From Spirochaetia bacterium (GTDB lineage: Bacteria; Spirochaetota; Spirochaetia; DSM-2461): DNA of 64,000 bases. Under the pieces are notes generated by a model, which was not told where the DNA came from, did not search any database, and worked only from the letters and a program-made list of their open reading frames with translations. Positions 59,316 through 64,000 of this stretch are shown here, in pieces. The stretch's first letter is position 1. Each line of letters starts with the position of its first letter. Position numbers and translations under genes: made by a program. The stretch spans positions 32,001 through 96,000 of the forward strand of contig CAXXIA010000002.1 in assembly GCA_963666985.2 (NCBI GenBank). Direction: 5' to 3'.

Positions 59316-60431
59316 TTACGCGAACTTATCATAATAAATATCCTCCGGACCGATGCCGTTGGCGTTCATGACCGTGTTGCAGGCGTTGATCATTCCGGGA
59401 CTCCCGCAAAGATAGCCTTCCAATGTTCTCCCCCGGACCGCGATTTTCTCCTTTATATAGGAATCCAGCACATCGGTAATCATTCCCGTAGGTCCCTCCC
59501 ATCCGTCGCCTTCCTGCGGTTCGGAAAGAGCGGGAACGAAATGGAAATTCGGCAGTTTCGTTTCCAAATCCTTCAGTTCCTCAAGGTAGAACATATCTTC
59601 GGTGCTGCGGGCTCCGAAGAAATACCAGACTTCGCGGCCGGTTTCCCCTTTATCGAGCATGTCGTAAAAAATGGATTTGAACGGCGCCATGCCCGAACCT
59701 CCGGCCACGCAGATCATGACCGAATCGTTCATCCGGCGCTTAAAGTCTCCAAAGGGTCCGATAAGATCGATCTTCTCTCCTTCCTTCAAATGCTGATGAA
59801 CGTAGGTGGTCGCGATGCCTCCGGGAACCAGCCGAATCAAGAGCTCGATGTGATTTTTATCGGCCGGCTGGGACGACATGGAATAGGCTCTCTGGGTGGT
59901 TCCCTTGATTTTATCGTAGGGCGGAACGACCAGCTGAACATACTTTCCGGCCTCGAATTCGACGGTTTCCTCACCCAAATCAAAGAGCACTTCCTTAATA
60001 TCGTGGGTAACATCCCGGATGGACGTTACGGTCGCCCGGAACTGCTTGATATTGAAAAGTTCTTCGGGGATTTCAATGCCGATGTCGGCCTTCACTTTTA
60101 TCTGACAGCCCAATCGAATGTTGTCCTTCATCTCCTGCGGCGATAAATAAGGCGTTTCGGTCGGCAGATGAGGGCCCACGTCTGTAGTGACCTTGCACTT
60201 ACAGGCGCCGCAGCTTCCCCGTCCGCCGCAGGCCGACGGCAGATAAAGACCTTCGGAGGAGAGCGTTAGCAGGAGGGAGGAGCCGCCCTTAACGGTCATC
60301 TCCTTCTTTCCTCCGTTGATGGAGATGTTCACTTCGCCGTAGTTGTTGGCCAGTTTGTCCACCACGGCGATAAGGGCGGCCATAATTCCGGCGAGGCCGG
60401 CCACGGTTAACGGTGCAATCAGATAACTCAT
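59316..60431 (-). CDS. nqrF: Na+-NQR subunit F-like (TM, 2Fe-2S, FAD, NADH domains)
   Basis: ACGGRGSCGAC, RLGCQ, RAYS, GGSGMAP, YFFGAR, YLCG and terminal DKF. Confidence 0.88.
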   Translation of the reverse strand: MSYLIAPLTVAGLAGIMAALIAVVDKLANNYGEVNISINGGKKEMTVKGGSSLLLTLSSEGLYLPSACGGRGSCGACKCKVTTDVGPHLPTETPYLSPQEMKDNIRLGCQIKVKADIGIEIPEELFNIKQFRATVTSIRDVTHDIKEVLFDLGEETVEFEAGKYVQLVVPPYDKIKGTTQRAYSMSSQPADKNHIELLIRLVPGGIATTYVHQHLKEGEKIDLIGPFGDFKRRMNDSVMICVAGGSGMAPFKSIFYDMLDKGETGREVWYFFGARSTEDMFYLEELKDLETKLPNFHFVPALSEPQEGDGWEGPTGMITDVLDSYIKEKIAVRGRTLEGYLCGSPGMINACNTVMNANGIGPEDIYYDKFA

Positions 60432-60440
60432 GTCCGCCCC

Positions 60441-61043
60441 CTATTGAACGTTCAGCATGCCGCTGAATCCAACAAAACCCAGCGCCATGAAGCCTATGGT
60501 AATCAGCGTAATGCCCGGACCTTTCAGTCCCGCGGGCACCGGTGCCTTGGAAACCTTTTTCTGAATGGCCGCCAGCGCCATGATGGCCAGCCACCAGCCG
60601 AGCCCCGATCCCAGACCGAACATCACGGTTTGAAGAAAATCGTAATTGCGAATCTGCATGAACAGTGCCACGCCGAGAATGGCGCAGTTGACGGTAATCA
60701 GCGGAAGGAAAATCCCCAAAGCCATGTACAGAGCGGGACTCACCCGGTCGATAATCATTTCCAGCATCTGCACCGTCGCGGCGATAACCACGATGAATAC
60801 GATGTAGCGGTACACCATCAAATCAAGCGGAATCAGGATGTAACGCATCACCGCCCAGTTGATGGCCGAAGTGATGGTGAGCACCACGGTGACCGCCAGC
60901 CCAAGTCCGCCTGCCGACTTCATGTCCTTGCTGATGGAAATGAAGGAGCACATGCCCAGGAAGTTGGTCAGCAGAATGTTCCCGGTGAAAATCGAGGCGA
61001 AAAGAAGAACGAACGGATTAATCTGCGGCGCCAGTGAAGTCAT
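60441..61043 (-). CDS. nqrE: NqrE/RnfA-family membrane subunit
   Basis: FLGMCSF, LGIFLPLITVNCAILG and GLGSGLGWWLA motifs. Confidence 0.85.
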   Translation of the reverse strand: MTSLAPQINPFVLLFASIFTGNILLTNFLGMCSFISISKDMKSAGGLGLAVTVVLTITSAINWAVMRYILIPLDLMVYRYIVFIVVIAATVQMLEMIIDRVSPALYMALGIFLPLITVNCAILGVALFMQIRNYDFLQTVMFGLGSGLGWWLAIMALAAIQKKVSKAPVPAGLKGPGITLITIGFMALGFVGFSGMLNVQ

Positions 61044-61645
61044 CGGCGGGCCTCCTTCTTCATCATGATCGTTTTAGCCGCCCAGATAAGGCACCCAAGA
61101 AGGAAAAACGCGCTGGGCGGCATCACCATGATGGTCCATTTGGTGAATCCCGAAGGAAGAACGGAATACCCCATCAGAGAACCGGCTCCCAGCATTTCCC
61201 GAACCGCAGCGATAATCACCAAAACCACCATGTAGCCGATGCCGCTGGTCAGGCCGTCCCAGAGCGCCGCGACAGGCGGATTGGACTGGGCGAAGGCTTC
61301 GGCCCGGCCCATGATGATGCAGTTGGTGATAATCAGGCCCACATAGGGTCCGAGGGACCGGGAGATGTCCGGCAAAAACGCCCGGAGAACAATGTCCACG
61401 ATAATCACGTAAAACGCGATAATCAGGGTTTGAACGATCATTCGAACCTTGCGCGGAATAAGTCCCTTCAAAAGAGAAACCGTCGTACTCGAAAGCGCGG
61501 TAACGAAGGTCACCGCCGCGGTCATGATCAGCGTGTTGCTCAAGGCGCTGGTAACCGCCAGTGTGGAGCAGATTCCGAGGATCTGCACGAAGATGGGATT
61601 ATCGCTCCAGAGGTTCTTTTTCAGGATGGCGGAGGCGTCACTCAT
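61040..61645 (-). CDS. nqrD: NqrD/RnfE-family membrane subunit
   Basis: NPIFVQILGICSTLAVT, VGLIITNCIIMGRAEAFA and PPSAF motifs. Confidence 0.87.
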   Translation of the reverse strand: MSDASAILKKNLWSDNPIFVQILGICSTLAVTSALSNTLIMTAAVTFVTALSSTTVSLLKGLIPRKVRMIVQTLIIAFYVIIVDIVLRAFLPDISRSLGPYVGLIITNCIIMGRAEAFAQSNPPVAALWDGLTSGIGYMVVLVIIAAVREMLGAGSLMGYSVLPSGFTKWTIMVMPPSAFFLLGCLIWAAKTIMMKKEARR

Positions 61646-62325
61646 TTTCCGGCCCCCTCTTTATTCCGCCGCTCCCGCAGGGCGTTTATTTCCTTATTCA
61701 CAATCTTCTCCATGGCGGCGCTTGTAAGCGAAGCTCCGGTAATGCCGTCCACCGCCGCGTTTTCGCTGTCCGAGTCGGCCCCGCCCTCGCCTTTGCGGAC
61801 ACTGATGCCCTTTTCGGCGATCTTCTCACCCCGGAACTGATTCTTAAACCAGTCCTCTTCGATGCGGCCGCCCAGTCCCGGCGTTTCGGAATGACTGATG
61901 ATGTCCAATCCGATGATGCGCGTCACATCGGCGTTCACCGCGAGAACTCCGGTAATGGTGCCCCAAAGGCCCTGGCCGCCGAATTGCTTTACCAGAACCT
62001 TTTCACCATCAATTTCGGCCTCGACAATCTCGCCGGCGGCCGATTGTCCGCCGAATACGGTTCCGGCCGTTTTGGTCTCGGCGGCCGTTTCCGCGGGAGC
62101 TTTTTTCCCGGCGCCGCCGAAGAGTGCCGAAAAGGCTTCCAGGTCGGCATCGGCGCCCCGAAGCGGCCGGCCGACGGCGTTCAGGAAGGCCTGCGCGGTT
62201 ACCAGTTCCTGATTCCGCGCCACCCGCTCCGCGGTGGCGCCGTCGGCCAGGGAGATGACGAATACGAACACGAAGGCCGCGAGGAAGGTAAAAATCACCA
62301 CGTAAAGAAAGGAGTCTTTATTCAT
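61642..62325 (-). CDS. nqrC: NqrC/RnfG-family FMN-binding subunit
   Basis: GLWG, HSETPGLG and DGITGASLTS flavinylation motif. Confidence 0.87.
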   Translation of the reverse strand: MNKDSFLYVVIFTFLAAFVFVFVISLADGATAERVARNQELVTAQAFLNAVGRPLRGADADLEAFSALFGGAGKKAPAETAAETKTAGTVFGGQSAAGEIVEAEIDGEKVLVKQFGGQGLWGTITGVLAVNADVTRIIGLDIISHSETPGLGGRIEEDWFKNQFRGEKIAEKGISVRKGEGGADSDSENAAVDGITGASLTSAAMEKIVNKEINALRERRNKEGAGK

Positions 62326-63455
62326 AAAGCGCCTCCCTGAGAGGTGGCCGCGGACGGCGCATCCGGTTTCTCCGAAGAATCCGGCTTCTCCGGGAGTGCC
62401 GGATCGTTCTTCGCGCCCGCCGGTGCCTGCGCGCCTCCGCCGTTTTCAGCGGTACTCCGAGACGTCTCTTCGGCCGACGCTGCCGGATTCGCTTTCGCGG
62501 CCGCATTCCCCGCGGCCTTCTTCGCCTGTTTTTTCTTGGCGGCCGGAAACCATTCGTCCAAGAGACCGGCAAAGGTGTTGCCGATTAAAACGCCGAAACT
62601 GACGCCCTCCGGGAACAGGGAAAAAATCCGGATGGCCGCCGATACGCCGCCGATGAGAATCCCGTAGGCCCATTGCGATCCGGGTTTCTTCGGCGCGGAA
62701 ACAGGATCGGTTACCATGAAAACCGCAATAAAGAGCAGACTTCCCGATAGAAGCGATTCGATCGGCGGAAAAGGCGCGCCGCCGCCCGAGGGCGAGACGT
62801 TCGCGGCCCAGAGAGCCGCGGTTACGGCGGCGAAACTCAGCAGAGTCGAAAGCATGAGCTTCCAATTCGCCGTCTTGGTCCAAATCAGGAAAATACCCGC
62901 CAGAAGGATAAGAACGACGGCGCTTTCCCCCAACGCTCCCATGCGAAATCCGGTAATAAGGTCGATCAAATCAGGATTAACGCCTTCCTTCATCTCCATC
63001 AGCGGGGTTGCCGCGGTAGCGGCATCGACAGAAGTCTCGAAACCGAACCGCCAGGGGATGCCGGGATGCCAAGGAGGCAGGAAACTTCTCTGCATGCCGT
63101 CGGGAAAGGCCACATACACGAAGATACGGCCCGCGATGGCCGGATTGAAAACGTTCCGGCCGAAACCGCCGAAGACGTTCTTGGCAAAGATCACACCGAA
63201 GACAATACCGATCGCCGCGATCCACAGCGGCACCGCCGGAGGCATGGACAAAGCGAAAAGAGCGCAGGATACCAGGACCGCTTCGCTCACTTTGCCGCCC
63301 TTCGGTTTTGTAAAAACGTACTCCGCGAAAAAACCGAACACGAATACCGTAACGATTATCGCGAGGCTTCTCCAACCGTAAAGCAGAACGGAAAAGATAA
63401 AAATCGGAATAAGGGAGTAGAGAACCTTCCTCATCATCGGCTGTTTCTGAAACAC
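62322..63455 (-). CDS. nqrB: NqrB/RnfD-family membrane subunit with an Ala/Lys/Pro-rich tail
   Basis: KNVFGGFGRNVFNPA, DAATAATPL, GALGE and FMVTDPVS motifs; GTG at 63455 follows a GAGGTG RBS. Confidence 0.87.
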   Translation of the reverse strand: MFQKQPMMRKVLYSLIPIFIFSVLLYGWRSLAIIVTVFVFGFFAEYVFTKPKGGKVSEAVLVSCALFALSMPPAVPLWIAAIGIVFGVIFAKNVFGGFGRNVFNPAIAGRIFVYVAFPDGMQRSFLPPWHPGIPWRFGFETSVDAATAATPLMEMKEGVNPDLIDLITGFRMGALGESAVVLILLAGIFLIWTKTANWKLMLSTLLSFAAVTAALWAANVSPSGGGAPFPPIESLLSGSLLFIAVFMVTDPVSAPKKPGSQWAYGILIGGVSAAIRIFSLFPEGVSFGVLIGNTFAGLLDEWFPAAKKKQAKKAAGNAAAKANPAASAEETSRSTAENGGGAQAPAGAKNDPALPEKPDSSEKPDAPSAATSQGGAL

Positions 63456-63784
63456 TTCAACACACCTCTTTCGGCCGCCGGTACCGACCGATTCGCCCGA
63501 ATCAGGCCTTAGGCCGTCGATGTTCGATTCTCCGGCTTCAGGCGTCACCGTTTCAGTTCGGTCCCGTACCGTGGATGAACGGGCCGGTCTCATATCTCGG
63601 GGATTTCAGGGTTGCCATTGATAAAACGCAATCGGTTAATCCCGGATACTTCTTACTCTCAGTATCCCCTATAATGATCGGCGAATCCAGGCTATTGTCG
63701 TTTATCCAATATATTATATATTAAATCATATTAATCAAGTTTCCGGCGCTGAATAACGTTATAATATCTTCGAATGGAGTAAAC

Positions 63785-64000
63785 ATGGTTCGAAAAGCGA
63801 TAGTCGCCGAATTCGGTGAATCCTGGATCGAGCTTCTGAGCCTTGAAGAAGCGACTGAAAAAAACGGCGGCGGGTGCTGCGGATCTTCGAACGGAGAATC
63901 TTCGGGCTGCGGTTCCGCAGGCTGCGGATGCCGCCTCGGCGGCCGTCCCTTCCGCGCCGCCCTTCCGGAAAACCTCGATGTCAAGAAGGGTGATACGGTG
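63785..64000 (+). CDS. RseC/MucC-like Cys-rich protein (5' part; runs off the window)
   Basis: Translated by hand: MVRKAIVAEFGESWIELL..GGGCCGSS..SGCGSAGCGC..FRAALPENLDVKKGDTV; resembles the RseC N-terminus (Cys cluster, then G-D-x-V). Confidence 0.6.
   Translation, partial: MVRKAIVAEFGESWIELLSLEEATEKNGGGCCGSSNGESSGCGSAGCGCRLGGRPFRAALPENLDVKKGDTV

Noticed and set aside
63456..63593. N-terminal extension of NqrB given by the ORF track
   Set aside because: Family-like sequence and a GAGGTG RBS both point to the GTG at 63455

Overview
A gene-dense bacterial chromosome segment, most likely from a free-living spirochaete (Spirochaetales). This is inferred from non-lipoprotein solute-binding proteins with 'LFAGG/FANGG/WSAGS' signal peptides, a FlgD-repeat OmpA protein, a ThrRS-N/uridine kinase fusion and an 'HE'-type HD-GYP protein. 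In order, the window holds: the 5' part of gltX (running off the left edge and absent from the ORF track); an AT-rich sugar island (rhamnulokinase, ABC importer, AraC); a nucleoside kinase; a TPR protein and clpC; a BMP-type nucleoside ABC operon with a highly structured leader; a ~17 kb minus-strand gene string (OmpA-FlgD protein, rlmKL, an unannotated 50-aa membrane protein, a 595-aa unknown, Hpt, an orphan Cas2-like gene, frameshifted prfB, a CheY-like receiver, a PEGA protein, ftsY, an unknown, lolCDE-like); two tandem HAMP-GAF-PP2C phosphatases; a partly decayed sugar catabolic operon; an AraR-like regulator with three operators before an ABC importer and a GH42 beta-galactosidase; and an nqrBCDEF-like operon lacking nqrA, with a divergent RseC-like gene at the right edge. 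I saw no rRNA, tRNA, IS element, prophage or CRISPR array. The most striking item is a solo Cas2/VapD-fold gene with no cas1 or array, translationally coupled to prfB and flanked by an Hpt and a receiver domain. All calls come from reading motifs by eye; no database searches were run.
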